DNA of 48,978 nt, filler included, from Jimgerdemannia flammicorona (Eukaryota): NCBI GenBank assembly GCA_003990765.1. It is 2 parts of 2 records of this genome, joined end to end, with 100 filler letters (N's around TTAATTAATTAA, not from the genome) between each part and the next. Parts side by side here need not be neighbours in the genome. Positions count along the whole stretch, not along the records: positions 1 to 24,453 come from RBNJ01000974.1; 1 more part is not named here. The stretch is one strand, 5' to 3'. Shown piece by piece: positions 1 through 12,474 of the stretch. Every line of letters starts with the position of its first letter. Position 1 is the stretch's first letter. Below the pieces are notes generated by a model. It worked only from the letters and a program-made list of their open reading frames with translations, searched no databases and had not been told where the DNA came from. Both the position numbers and the translations under genes were made by a program.

Positions 1-246
1 CGTAGATCAAAGATTTCCAGAAAAATCATGAAACGCTGAAATACCTCGAGGGCTGGGCTTGGTTGGAAAAGGAAACAACTCCAGGGGTTCTGGGCTCGGG
101 GTTCAGAATCTAAATTTCAAAATGCTGGAAATAGCCTGAATGTTTGGATCGACGGATTCTAAAAAAAGAAACAATGAATAAGGAATCAAAAGAAAACGAA
201 AACAAAATAAATAATAAAATGCGGAGAAGAAAAACACCATCACAGG

Positions 247-295
<49 letters not shown>

Positions 296-296
296 C

Positions 297-329
<33 letters not shown>

Positions 330-381
330 GAACCCGAAAACGAAACCGAAAACGAAACCGAAAACGAAACCGAAAACGAAA
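247..381. repeat. Poly-A tract followed by tandem GAAAACGAAACC-type 12-mers
   Basis: About 80 nt of nearly pure A, then ~4 copies of GAAAACGAAACC. The overlapping poly-K and poly-F ORFs are artefacts of this tract. Confidence 0.9.
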
Positions 382-1523
382 ACAATAACAATACCGAGAG
401 GAAGAATCTCAGAATGCTGACAACCCCTATCAACACAAGGATCTTGTAAACACAGTCATTGCCACCGTTACCATTTGTCCCCCAAATTAAGATCCCAAAC
501 AGAAAGGGATACCCAAAACATACAAACCACTGCCATTATTAAGAATTACATAACTTTGTCATTCAACCATGCGATCCACTTATGCAGGACCAATAGCCCG
601 AAATTTATTTCCGATCGAGAGTGCAATATCAATATCAGGATCGATTAGGACACATTTTTACCAGTTGTACGTGCCTCAAAAACTCGAGCTTTATTCGGCC
701 CCGAGCCCTATGCATGCCAACGGAATCTGTTGGCATAAGACCAATTCTTTGTAATGTGGTCCGTTCGCAACGTGACCGCGACTCGAGTTCTACCTACGCA
801 AAGGAGTAGGAATTCGTGAATTTCGTTGACGATCATGACAAAACTGTCACCAAAGTTGTAGATTGTGTTTGAACTCATGCTTCTACCAATCCTATAATTT
901 GTGGGCAACGTGGTCGCGGCTCGTCCCAGAATCGTGGGACGATAGACCCTGCATATGCTTTTGAACAAACAATGTGACATGTCAACAAAGGAATCCGTTC
1001 GTGCAGCCTGCATGCAACCCACATCAATGACACATTTTCATCGTCGCTCTCTCTGGTATAGTTTGCGGGATTACGAGGCCAAATCCTCCAGCTGTTTGTA
1101 AGACAAGCATGTGCGGGGTGAGAAAGTCCCTTTGTTGACAGATGCGGTTCCAAGACTAAGGAATCGCGTACCGCAACCTAGCCCCCCACCGACCCTTTCC
1201 AGAGCTCGGTCCAGTCGCGCACCAGTTGTCGACGTATCCCAACTACGGGGAACCTCTTGTGCAGGAGGACGACGGAAATAGCGAGGAAGCTGGTCTGGGT
1301 GAACGTCATTGAGGTACGGACAGCGATGCATATGTAGTACTACTCGATTTCGAATATGGTTGGATAGCACGTACTTTGAACCTTCGGCCTACTAAAGATA
1401 GGTAGGCCTGAGCCATTGGCGGATCAATTATGATATACGATAACATTAGAGAGACACACATCAAATATTCAAGATCAGTTTGGTTTGGTTTGCCCTTTCT
1501 AGTATATACCCCTAACAAAAACA

Positions 1524-2471
1524 TTGAACTATTTCATTGAACTATTTCCAATTATAACAAGGCGATTCCAATTCTGTGCACAAGAATTGCCTTGCGGGGA
1601 TGGTTCTTGGTCGTACGCTACGCGACTCGAAGTTGACAATTATCAACTGGATAATGCTGATACCAGTGGTGGTACGGGATACTCAAAAGTAATATTCTCT
1701 TGGATTTTGAGCTCCACGTTCGGAATAAAAATGAAACGCTCTTTACGTGATGCATCTCGCATGAATTCAAAGTGCCTTCACCCAATGGCATCGGTAATTA
1801 TTGATCCTGGGTTGGGTGTCAAGAAGAATCTGCTGAAGAGGGCAGGCGGGGCAGGCATTAGGTATTGTCTTTGTAATTGTCAAGGAACACAAGGAATATA
1901 CCTAGCCGCGAACAGACTCCCTGACCCTGACGACAAACTTTTTGTCGGCTGTCGAATCAAGTCACCCCACGACCGGCGCTACTTTCTCCCTCCCACGATC
2001 ACTGCCGCGCTATCCTCGCAATGCAACAACCATCGCACAGCCGACGTCGAGTTCCGCATCGGCCCGGAAGCCAAGTCCTTGTACGGGCATCGCTATTTCG
2101 CCGTCATGTTTGGCTCGGGCCTCCGCGAGTCGAACGACGACGGCTCCCGCACCGTGATTGATGTGCCCGACATTGAGCACCCGGTCTTCGAGGCGCTGCT
2201 CCAGCACATATACCTTGACCAGACGGAGTTCGACAATGATGTGCGTATGCCCGACCTCCTCCTTACCGCCGATAAGTATGACGTCCTAGAGCTCACGAAA
2301 ATCGTCTGGGACCATGTCGCAGCTGCCTTAACCCCTGGTGGCGTCTGCCAGTTGCTCATGGTGCATGGTCATATCCGATCGATCAAGAAGAACATGATCA
2401 TATACTTGGTGAATCAATTTAACGAAGTAGAGAAGACGGAGGATTGCTGGAGGACGCGGATAGGTCTCTGA
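1524..2471 (+). CDS. BTB/POZ domain protein (5' end uncertain; BTB part ~2035-2400)
   Basis: ADVEFRIG...LYGHR...FAVMFGSGLRES...VIDVPDIEHPVFEALLQHIY...LLLTADKYDV is a typical BTB signature. The first ~130 codons look non-coding, so the gene may be spliced or partial. Confidence 0.75.
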   Translation: MNYFIELFPIITRRFQFCAQELPCGDGSWSYATRLEVDNYQLDNADTSGGTGYSKVIFSWILSSTFGIKMKRSLRDASRMNSKCLHPMASVIIDPGLGVKKNLLKRAGGAGIRYCLCNCQGTQGIYLAANRLPDPDDKLFVGCRIKSPHDRRYFLPPTITAALSSQCNNHRTADVEFRIGPEAKSLYGHRYFAVMFGSGLRESNDDGSRTVIDVPDIEHPVFEALLQHIYLDQTEFDNDVRMPDLLLTADKYDVLELTKIVWDHVAAALTPGGVCQLLMVHGHIRSIKKNMIIYLVNQFNEVEKTEDCWRTRIGL

Positions 2472-2553
2472 TTCATGAAATCATGAAGGCGTTGAAAAAA
2501 ATGTAATATATATATTACAGTTGTTTCATAGTATGGTGGTAATGCGAATTGAC

Positions 2554-2589
<36 letters not shown>

Positions 2590-3322
2590 AAAGGGTCTGA
2601 TGAGGTGATACGAGGTTTGTACTTGCAACATAGTTGAGTTCCACTTCACACTTGATCGTATCTTCGACCAAGGAATCAGTGTTTGGGTGGGATTATCGTT
2701 ATATTTTCGCATTATCCCGTACCAAATCATCCTTGCTCCGAAGAAAAAGGCGAGCTTGAAGTAACAAAATGCATTCAATCCAATTGATTGAATTCTGTAT
2801 TATAAGACAATGGCGTTTCTTTCTCTTCAGATACCCTATCTCCATATCTCCTGACACCTAACACCACTAGTTTCCTTCTTTTCTTGATTATAGTCAGGTA
2901 GACAAGACGATATTTGCCGACAGTTATAATTGAAATCAACCCCCCTCCCTCCTGATTAAATTAAACAAGATGAAAAACACCGATGGAACTGAAACCCGGT
3001 GCGAAACCGAAAATCGATACCTGGAAAGTGTGCAAGTCGTTTAACCGCACAAACTTTGAATCCTGTCTTTTGAAACTAACAGGGTAAGTTCCGACTCCCG
3101 CCGTATATCTTGTTTGTGCATCTTTGCTGCTGCTTATTCGGGTTCCGCTTCTCGCACTTGTGTTCCGAACTGCAACTCCAAATGGTTGAGAACACAGAGA
3201 ACTACGCTGCGCTACGTCCCATGTACAAGGATTTGAAACCGTCCGATCGTTTATTCCAATCCACCGATCCACCGATCCACCACAACTGCCACCACAAAAT
3301 AATCTGACCCCTGCATCCCACA

Positions 3323-5880
3323 CTACCGCCCACCCAGTTCCTCCCCGCCACCTCCCATCTTCACCGTGGTCCCTTCAACGTCAAATATCTCCAGCTCGTC
3401 CGGACTGAGCACCCAGCCTGAGAACCGCTGCTCCAGCAGCCGGTGCTTGGCGGCCTGGTAGCCGCGCGCGGTGTGCTTGGCGGCGCGGTAGGTGACCGTG
3501 AGTGGGGATTGAACGAGAGGTCTGGGAAGAAGCGGTCGTGAGGAATGATATTACTAAGACCGTATAGATTCGGTTCAGGATAGAAAGGTTGACATCTGAG
3601 GTTTTGCTCACACTAATGAAGGTGGAAGAGTTTCTTCCGGACACAACTTCAAGACCTCGACGAATCTTTGAAACAGGCAGATTTTTGATATGGTAGACCT
3701 AATTGGTTCGGAATAAAAAATAACGATAGGGTCATCCAAGAACATGTGCCAATCCCGCCAAACAAAGCCCATGCCTCCACTTTAACTTCATCCTCACACA
3801 TAAACACCAACCTCGTCTTAGGTGAGTATCCCCCGGCTTTATCCTTCTTCGCCCCCTGCTTCCGTCCGTGCACGATTGCCTCCGAGGTCGGCGATGCCGC
3901 TGTCCAACTAACGGCTAAAACCCACAAGAAAGACAAACCACGCCATTGACATCATAATCGCGATAGCTAAAGAGCTCTTGATGAACGAGAAATGAAAATC
4001 GTATCACTCACCCGTTCCGCACGCCACAATGTTCCCCTCAGCAAACGACTCGAGCAGTCCCGCCTTGCTTGACGCGAAGATCCGGCCTGTATGCAAGACG
4101 TGCGGCGCGTGGAGACTGTACTGGTGTGGCAGGTCTGAAAAACGAGATGCCCCTTTTCGTGATTCTGCTCGTCACGGGTCTCGCAAACGCATGCTGTGTA
4201 CACATACCGCTCAAGCCCTCTAGCCGCCCGTGTAGCGCGCGCCGCAGAGAGCCCTCGTCATACATGTCGCCCACGACTACGGAGGCGAGGTAGAGCGGGT
4301 GGATTAGGTTGGAGAGGAGGGCGGATTGGAGGCCGAGGACGTTCCAGCGGGCGAGCTTGTCGCTGGGGTGGGGTGGGGGTGGATGGAGACAGGGGTTTGT
4401 TGCGAGATGGAGAAAGGAAGATTGGGAGAGGGTTAGTTGGACGGTTGTGCGGGCATATTGGGAGCTACAGTGTGAGATTGATGTAGCATCGAAAAATGAT
4501 AGAAGCAGATTACCTGCAAGACATGGATAGGGTTGGCTCGGAATCGACTCTGCCTGGACAATGTGCGGGCGAAAGGGGGTGTTCAAAGCATGGTCTAGAT
4601 AACGACGAAGACCATATAAAGCGACCATTCCTACCAGGCTTCGTCCTGAGAATCCCTAAACTATCATACCCTGTCCTCCCCCTCTTCAGCCTCACTCCCT
4701 TGCCGCCCAACCCGTCTCCTTCCATTCGCTTTTCTTCCATCCCTTCTCCTACACCCTCCTCCCGTGCCTCCACCTCACCCACGTCCTCCCCCCCACCCTC
4801 GACCTTCCATCCCCTGCCACCTTCTTCCTCTCCCGCCTCCGTCTCCTCGACCCTCATCCTCTTCCGCGCGAACGTGTGCCCGCTCAGCCTCTCAATCGCA
4901 GACGACTGTCCGACAGTTTCCGCCGCGCGCTGTCTCTTGGGACCGCCCAGGAAGGCGTCGACCGATTCGACGGACTGGGATTGCGCGAGGGGGGTCATCG
5001 AGGCATCGCCGCCTACAAGGTGAGTGGGGGGGGGAGTTTGGTTTTTGGTGATGTGAAGAGGGAGGTCGGTGAAAAGGAAAACCGATTCCAGAGAGAAAGG
5101 GAAACTTACATGGCGACTGGCTGATGTACATATGGAAGGAGACGTTTGGATGAAGGAGGACAAAAAGGGGTGTATTGTCGTCCTTGTCGGGGTTTGCCGT
5201 TCTCTCCTCGTCGGATGACAGACGAAACATGGTGGGACCCTCCTCTTTCGATGTGCGGAAGAGTTGCTGCAGGAGGTATCTGTGGCGTACAATTGTGGGG
5301 CTTGGTGAATGTCGGACGTGTGCACAAACGATTCTGAAACGGGGAGGGAACTCGATGCCGCGATGGGATGGATCGGTGTATTGCTTACTTCACGAACCCT
5401 CGACGCGCCACGACCTCGGCGTGAGCGTCGTTGACCAGATCACCTTGGGGACTCAGCTTGCTGAAGGGGAGGCATTTGAGGCCGGTTCTGGATGTGATGG
5501 AAGGTAGGATTGGATCAGATAACGATGATCAACTGGAATGTTTCAAGAGTAAGGCTAGGAGACTCGTTAGTAAAACATACCCCAGAGATACGACCTGCAT
5601 CGTGTATTCTCCATCATCTACATTAAATACAGGAAAGACGCCAATCAAAAAACAGTTGCCAATCTTCTGCTTTTTCGAGTTGACCGATTCGGTACCACAT
5701 ACCTGTGGTCTGGACAGCAACAATACCGGCCAGCACAGTCCACTCTGCCTTGGTGGGATGGACGAGGGGCTTGCCTTGCTTTGATATTCTGTTGTACTGG
5801 GCAAAGCAGGCGTCTGCAAGCTTGTCTGCAAACAGTGGATCGGTGAGGTAGGGAGGCTGCGAAGAGGTGACAGCAGCCAT
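3323..5880 (-). CDS. TAD1: tRNA-specific adenosine deaminase 1 (A37), multi-exon
   Basis: The exons give [77 protein letters not shown] and C-terminal TYRAAK...YQAAK. Introns are GT-AG. ATG at 5880, TAG at 3323-3325. No dsRNA-binding domain, so ADAT1-type rather than ADAR. Confidence 0.93.
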
Positions 5881-5967
5881 GTCGCGAGTGGGCCACAAGT
5901 GGCTTTGAAATAAAATCGCGTGGAGGCGCGCGCACGTGCTCTTTCCACTCTTTCCACATTCGCCGCA

Positions 5968-8400
5968 ATGGCTACACCGCGCCACTACCCTGACTCGCAC
6001 TACCCTCGCTACACCTCATCATGCACCCCCCAGAAACATCCAAACTTTTCCCAGCCCTGGCTCGCGAACCGCGACTTCGATTTCGACGACAGCCAAGACA
6101 CCCAGTTTTCGCAGCCTCACGTTCCAAACATCAGCGACCGCCTGTTCGACTTTCAGAGCCCCTTGAATAGGCTCGCCGCCCAAGGAAACGGCGAAACCAA
6201 GCAGCAGCATGGCAATGCCGGGAAAATGGTTGCGGAAGAGAAAGAGAACGATAACCCGACCCTGGCTGGCAGCGATGACTGCGACATGGCACGATCGTCG
6301 AGCTTTCAAGGCAATAGCGGGAGTGGCGGGAGTGGCGGGGGCGGCGAGAACGGTATACGGAAACCCTTGTCGCCGATGAAAGATAATTCATCTATATCTT
6401 CATCCACATCGAGCGTTGGAGAAAAAGATGGAGCGGGAAAGACCCTCGAATCGCAGGTGAACAACCTTTCTGTCGTCCTGAACGTGGACAGTATTGGTGA
6501 ACAGATTTTAACCCCATCGCGGTCTCGAGGTGCAATATCATATATAGCTTGACGCTCAAAACGTTCATTATCTCGGTTTACATTCAATCAGGTCGCACCC
6601 AACTCCTATCAAACCCCCAATTCCACTCCACCCGTCCACCCCAACCCCTCCCGCTACCTTTATACCTACCTCTCCCGCCCGACCATCTTTCCACATCCCG
6701 CATCAACGGCGACCACCATCACTAAACCATTGACATCCGATCCGCTCACCCCTACATCCACCTCAACCTCCACTCCGACGCTCGACCTCCGCCGACTCTC
6801 GTTGCACATTGGCGACGTCGAGCGCGTACTCGAGGGCTTTGCGGCGCGCGCCGGGACGTGCAGTGAGTCGCTAGGAAGGGCCGTCAACGGTCTTGAAGAG
6901 GCCAGGGAGAGGGTTGCAAAGGAGACAGAGACCATGAGAGTTCTGTGTGAGGACGGAAGAGTCGAGAGGGCCGTGGAGGGTGCAGGTGCGTTTAGTTATT
7001 GATGGGTTCGGGTCGTGGATTTTGGCGTGGCTTGCCTATTATAATTTTCACCTTATGGCAGAGAGCATTATGTCATAATTTATCCACAACGGTAATAACA
7101 CCGTCTCCCTCCCCGAATCCTCCTTCCTCCCGCCCCTCCCTCCAGCCTCCAAGATCCTCGTCCCCACCCTCGTCACCCTGTGCGACACGCTCCTGACAGC
7201 GATCTCGGATGGTCAAGAGACGGGCTGGGCGCGGACGCAGTCGGCGTTGAGGGACGTGCAGGCACGTCGGACAGAGGAAGACAGGCAGCAGAGGGCGGCG
7301 GACGAAGCCGCGCAGGCCGAGGTCGCGAGCAGAGTCCAGGTCGTGGCAAGGGAGGTCGAGGCGCAGAGAAAGATGCTTGAGAAAGTGGTCGAGGTGGGTG
7401 CGGGGAGAGATAGGTGGGCGGACGGTCAGGGCTGACCTGTCGAATGGTACGGTACTGATGTGAACCATCTGCATCTTGCAATATACCATTCTCAACCAGC
7501 AACATGCAACCATTCTCCACCAACAGACGGAGATCCTAGCCGAGCTAGCCTCCCATCGCCCCTTGCTTCATTCGGACCTGTGCTCTTCGTCTATCGACGC
7601 CCGGTTTGACGCCCTCGAGCGGCTTATACGTGAGCCGCCGGTCAAGACCGCAGCAATCGTAGCGGCGGCCAGTCCTCAGCGCGAGGGGGAGGGAAGGGCG
7701 CAGACGACACCGCTCGGGACGGTCGTTAATGAGGGAGCATGGAGGAGTGTGGAGGAGTGGGTGAAGAAGGTGGGAGTAGATGGAAGGGAAGATGAAGAGC
7801 GAGGTCGGGCCGTGAGGGACGGGGAACGAGGGAGACGGGCAGGAGGGTCGATACTATCGGTTGATAGATCATTGAGCAATTTGAGCCGGTATGCATGCTT
7901 ATTTTTATTTGTTATTTCGTCGTGTTTGAAAAGTATACGCAACTCAATAAATCTATCACAGTCCATCACCTCCACCCTCTCACAACCCACGCAAATCAAG
8001 TAACACAACCCCATCCTGCCATCTCCTTCCCGAGCCCCCCCCCAACGCCAGTACGCCGGCGACCCCGACCGTCCACGCCATATCAATCCGGCCTGTCTCG
8101 TCCTCGCCTTCCCTCGTGCGGATCCGCATGCCACAGAGAGCCGACAATGGCCCAGGCGTCGCGTCGCCTACGCCTGGGGCGATCGTGGGCATGGGGGGGA
8201 GGCAACGGGTACTGAGGAGTGCCGTGGGGCCAGGAAGGCCGGTGGCTAAGGTAGGGGGGATGCACGTGCTGGGGATGGGGTATTTGCGAATTTTGGATTT
8301 TTTGATGGAAGCAAATGTATGACCGTGGTGTCATCGGTTCCCATCACAGAAACGAAAGCTACTCGATGATAACGGAGAAGATCTATGTATGCCGTTGATA
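5968..8400 (+). CDS. Hypothetical multi-exon protein with disordered N-terminus and central coiled-coil (3' end approximate)
   Basis: ATG at 5968. Coding-like GC-rich segments lie at ~5968-6457, ~6590-6985, ~7200-7400, ~7500-7850 and ~8000-8250, separated by GT..AG intervals. Helical E/R/A/Q-rich stretches include VNGLEEARERVAKETE and EEDRQQRAADEAAQAEVASRVQ. Confidence 0.6.
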
Positions 8401-9559
8401 AAGTGATTGGGCGAACGGGATTTCGCCGGGGGTCGTGGTGTGGAGGTAGACGGTATGCTGGATGGCACAGGAAGTCAGCAATCGTTTCTCGAGGCATTGG
8501 ATGGGCGGAGTGGGGATGCTCAAGGAGAGAGTTACTGATTGAGATTTTACACTCTTGCCACCGAGAATTGGCAATGTGTTAATCTATTTGTTGACATTCT
8601 TATTGCGATTTACGCGATACTCGTTTCATATGTTTATATGTATATATTGCTTGCAGAAATCTAGATGTTGGTATGAATTGTTTATAGGTAGGACTTGCAT
8701 ACTTGATGCCGTAGTTTGCACGAAGGAATAGTAGAAATTGTACATCAAGGCAAAGCTTAGTAACGGAAGAATTGCTCCCTGTCATAATACAGGGGAAAAC
8801 GCGAGGTATTCAATATAATGTATCTTGCTCGTTGACATACAGCACATCTCAGAATTCTGCATTGCTTTTCTTTTCACTCCGCTGATCACGTTGCCACGAT
8901 ACCAGCAATGTGAGAGTTGCCGATAACCCAGGTAAGAGATAAGTTCATCTATGCAAAGGCTGGGTGAGAGCAAACATTTCAACTTCGTCAACAAAAGGGA
9001 AAAAAATAAACTTACGTTCACCTCTTTATCCTCATCGTTTTGCTTCCTTCTGTCAGTCACGAAGTTTCGTATTGCTGGTAAGTGATGCTCGTGTCTTCAG
9101 AGCAAGTTTTTTTTTTTTTTTTTTTTTTGGATACATTTGTCATAGCATGATACGGCCTCGCTCTCAGCTTTTTGCTACATATGAGAAAATTGTGAAAATT
9201 CGTGTCGAGGTCTAAATAGAAGAAAGGTATACTCACCGCACCCAGTCTTTCGCGCAAGGCCAGCTCCTCGAGATAATGTGAATATTCCCATATTTCGTTC
9301 GAAGATGAAATTTTTCCGATAATGGTGAGAGAATAAAAAAGTGTTAGAAACATGTTCATCGATACAAATGTGTGTAAAGATTGACTGGATCAATCTTTAG
9401 TCTGCCGCGCAGGCAAATATGCCTGCAGGGGGTGGCAACACTTGGAACAAGGTTTTCATTCATCCAATCGGAAGCAGATAGGATGGAACTTTGCCAGTAG
9501 CCTTCGAGCGCGTCGATTAGCTTCATCTCCTTTAGAACGACCTTTTCGCTTCCATCGTC

Positions 9560-9601
<42 letters not shown>

Positions 9602-10443
9602 CTTCCATCGTCTCCTCTGTCAACTCTCATTATATCACCGCTGGCTCTTCTTAAAGCCGCCAGAGTTATAAAAGGGAACGCACGCTTGAAGCTCGGGAAG
9701 AATTATTAAAGTCGGTTAAAGGATCGCGGTCGCGGATTGCTGCGTATAGCTGGCGGTTTGGATCTGCTCATATCCCTCCTCCTTATTTCTTTTCCCACAG
9801 TTTGAGCGGGTCCGGGAGATCATAGTGGTTTGGGTCGTGGTGGATTTTCGGAGAGGGTGCAGATTGTCTGGAAAAGATTCGGTATGGTTAGTGGTGAAAG
9901 CCGATTGGGAAGGTCGTGGTGGATATAAAAGAGTGCGAAACTTTATTGATGAAGACGAGAGGGTCGGAAGGATTAGAAAGGGGTGGTGGAGAGAGTTGTG
10001 CTGCTGTGGAGCGTCACTGATGGGCTGGTATCCACTCTGTCCATCATATTTAAGTTTGCATGTTAATTTCCGTTGGACACGAGGTCTGATTTACTCATGC
10101 ACACACTCCCTCTCAACACGTGGGCAGGCCAATACATCTCTTCTTTCCGTTGCTATGTTTTAGCCCGCTCAATCGATCTGGTCAGGAAGTCGGCCATATT
10201 CTGTAGGTACCCTGATAGTAAGCTGTGCTTCCAAAATCCACAGAAACGAGTTCGTCGGCATTCGTTATGACATGGAGAGAGCATTGAAATTAGATATGTA
10301 CAGACCCAGTATAGAATATTACGTAACATCCGCTCTTAAGCACTATTTGATTCTGCATATTCCAGGGAGACGTGATTTGTGTCATCCAATATTGGGTATT
10401 CTCCAGCAGGTCTCGCTCGTATCTCTCTAGCGCCCGTCCCGTC

Positions 10444-11262
10444 ATGTTCTCCTCGCTCGCCCGACGCATCAGCCGCAACCTGTCCACCCGCAGGAACAAT
10501 ACGGCCCAACTGAAAGACATCAACACGAACTCCGCACTCCTGCGATCCCCACAGCTCCCCGCCGAGGTGGTGCACCGTGTGTTCCGCCACCTAGACATCT
10601 GGGACTCGAGCGACAGCCACGAGACCCGCTGTCTGCGGATGCGCGATCTGCTGGCTTGCTCCCTCGTCAGCCAGTCGTGGCACCGCGAAGCTCGCGCCTT
10701 CTTCCGCGATGACATGTTCACCGAGATCCACCTCTCCTGCGCCGCCCGCCAGGGCGATCACCTGCACTTTGTTGAGCTCCTCGCCGAATCCGACCGCCTT
10801 GGCCACGGCCACTGCATGCTCATCGAACGAGTAACAATCGAGCTCACGGATCACCTGACAAGACCGCTCTACGATCGCCTCCAGGAAGACGCCCTCGTCA
10901 CCCTCCTCGCACTGACTGGGCCGAGGTTTCGCGTGCTCAACATCCGGTTCATGCTGCGAGCGTCCGAACATAAGGCCGAGTTCCGGAGGTTCTTCGCACG
11001 GATCAAGCCGCTATGCGCGTCCGTCAGAGAGGTCGATTTGCGGTTCATGTTTGGTGATGTGGGGGACGGGTATGCTGGGTTGCCGGGGTTCCTTGAGAGC
11101 GTAGCAGGACATCTCGACGCGCTGAATTACCACCCCGATGTGAAGATGACGTGGCAGCTGAAAAAGGCGATCGGGAAGTGCAAGAGGAAGGGCGCGGACG
11201 TTTATACTCCGTTCATGAATTATTACAGTATGGCGAGGGGGTTACAGGATGCAACCTTTTAA
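10444..11262 (+). CDS. F-box-like protein, intronless
   Basis: PQLPAEVVHRVFRHL...DLLACSLVSQSWHREAR is an F-box-like motif, followed by LRR-like segments (FRVLNI, VREVDL). Codon usage is GC-rich from ATG 10444. Confidence 0.75.
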   Translation: MFSSLARRISRNLSTRRNNTAQLKDINTNSALLRSPQLPAEVVHRVFRHLDIWDSSDSHETRCLRMRDLLACSLVSQSWHREARAFFRDDMFTEIHLSCAARQGDHLHFVELLAESDRLGHGHCMLIERVTIELTDHLTRPLYDRLQEDALVTLLALTGPRFRVLNIRFMLRASEHKAEFRRFFARIKPLCASVREVDLRFMFGDVGDGYAGLPGFLESVAGHLDALNYHPDVKMTWQLKKAIGKCKRKGADVYTPFMNYYSMARGLQDATF

Positions 11263-12474
11263 TAATTAGCGGGATCAGGGCCAGGATCCGTCGCACCATC
11301 ATGAAAATATTGGTTTAGTTATCGAGCAAATCAATGTAAGTGTTAGCAGGCACCTCGCTCGTAGTAAACAACGTGCAAACGCTTAATATTAAAGTGGCCG
11401 GGGTTATAAACGATTTGCAGTAAGCAAAAACGATTAATGAAGAATACCTGGGGATTTCCTTTGAACCCGGTTTTTAATTATTTCCGCAAGCCAAAACAAC
11501 ATTGCCACTGTCTATTAAGAGCATTCCGAGTGCTCGACTTGCTTGGAAATGAAAAGCACTAGCCTTCGTATTACGCAATCGAAGCCCGTTCCATTTGTTA
11601 TGGCTATCTGACACGGAGAAACAGAATAGGCAGACATAACAAAAAAAAAAATTTTTTTTTTTTTCCTACATTCTTTTACTCGAACTTCAAACTCCTATTA
11701 TTATTTATCCATATGTATACCTAAAACTATTAATTATCATTACTCATGTCTTCCCATCTTTCCTTGCAACTTTCAACAGTTTTGAAAATTCCGTTCCTGC
11801 CCGTCTTAAAGCGGATAACATGGAGAGATATGTAGGTTACGGTGATGACGGGAGAAGTAAGTGCATAAATTGTAGAGGATCAGCTGCCTCCATTTGCTTA
11901 ATGACTTTCTGAACACAATTATGAATTACCTCAATTTCTAACCAGTGACGTCACAAAATCAAGGCAGATGTTTGTGGGTCAAGTACCCACCACCTCGCGT
12001 ATGATGAAAGGTCCTCTTCCCTACTTCGAGATATCTCAAAGGTACGGTGTCCATCCGGCTTACGGATTACATCATGAAAAGAGTAGCGGAAAGAAATCAT
12101 CGAGGAATGAACCCCCCCCCCGGAGACTATGCCAGACGACACCCCCCCGAATTTAGTACATCCATACTTCTTTATCGCCAAACATCCATCCGTCGCCAGA
12201 GAGTATCGATCTTGTCATTCGAGGAATTGATGGCAGGATGGAATTGTGATAGGGTGGATACTATGAGGGAAACCAACTAAATGGTTGTTGGTGCCATGCA
12301 GATGGGATGTCGATGCGGATGGCAAGTTGGGACTGGCGAAATGAGACGATGTTTCAAACATAGGAATGGAGCGAGGATCAATATACACTGTTGCGTGTGG
12401 CAATTGTTACCCACATGAAACTGACCACTTCTTTTGCAACTTTGTCATTATTTTATTAGGAGTAAAATATAACC

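Noticed and set aside
110..449. Poly-Lys and poly-Phe ORFs here and at ~2560, 26075, 33300 and 43380
   Set aside because: They are translations of homopolymer tracts whose lengths may also be sequencing-inflated.
4700..4960. Glu/Gly-rich insert in TAD1 as a novel domain
   Set aside because: Variable low-complexity insertions between PCGDA and the SCSDK region are usual in ADAT1 proteins.
8780..9400. Possible small spliced gene on the minus strand
   Set aside because: Only short ORFs with no recognisable motif; no consistent exon chain could be built.
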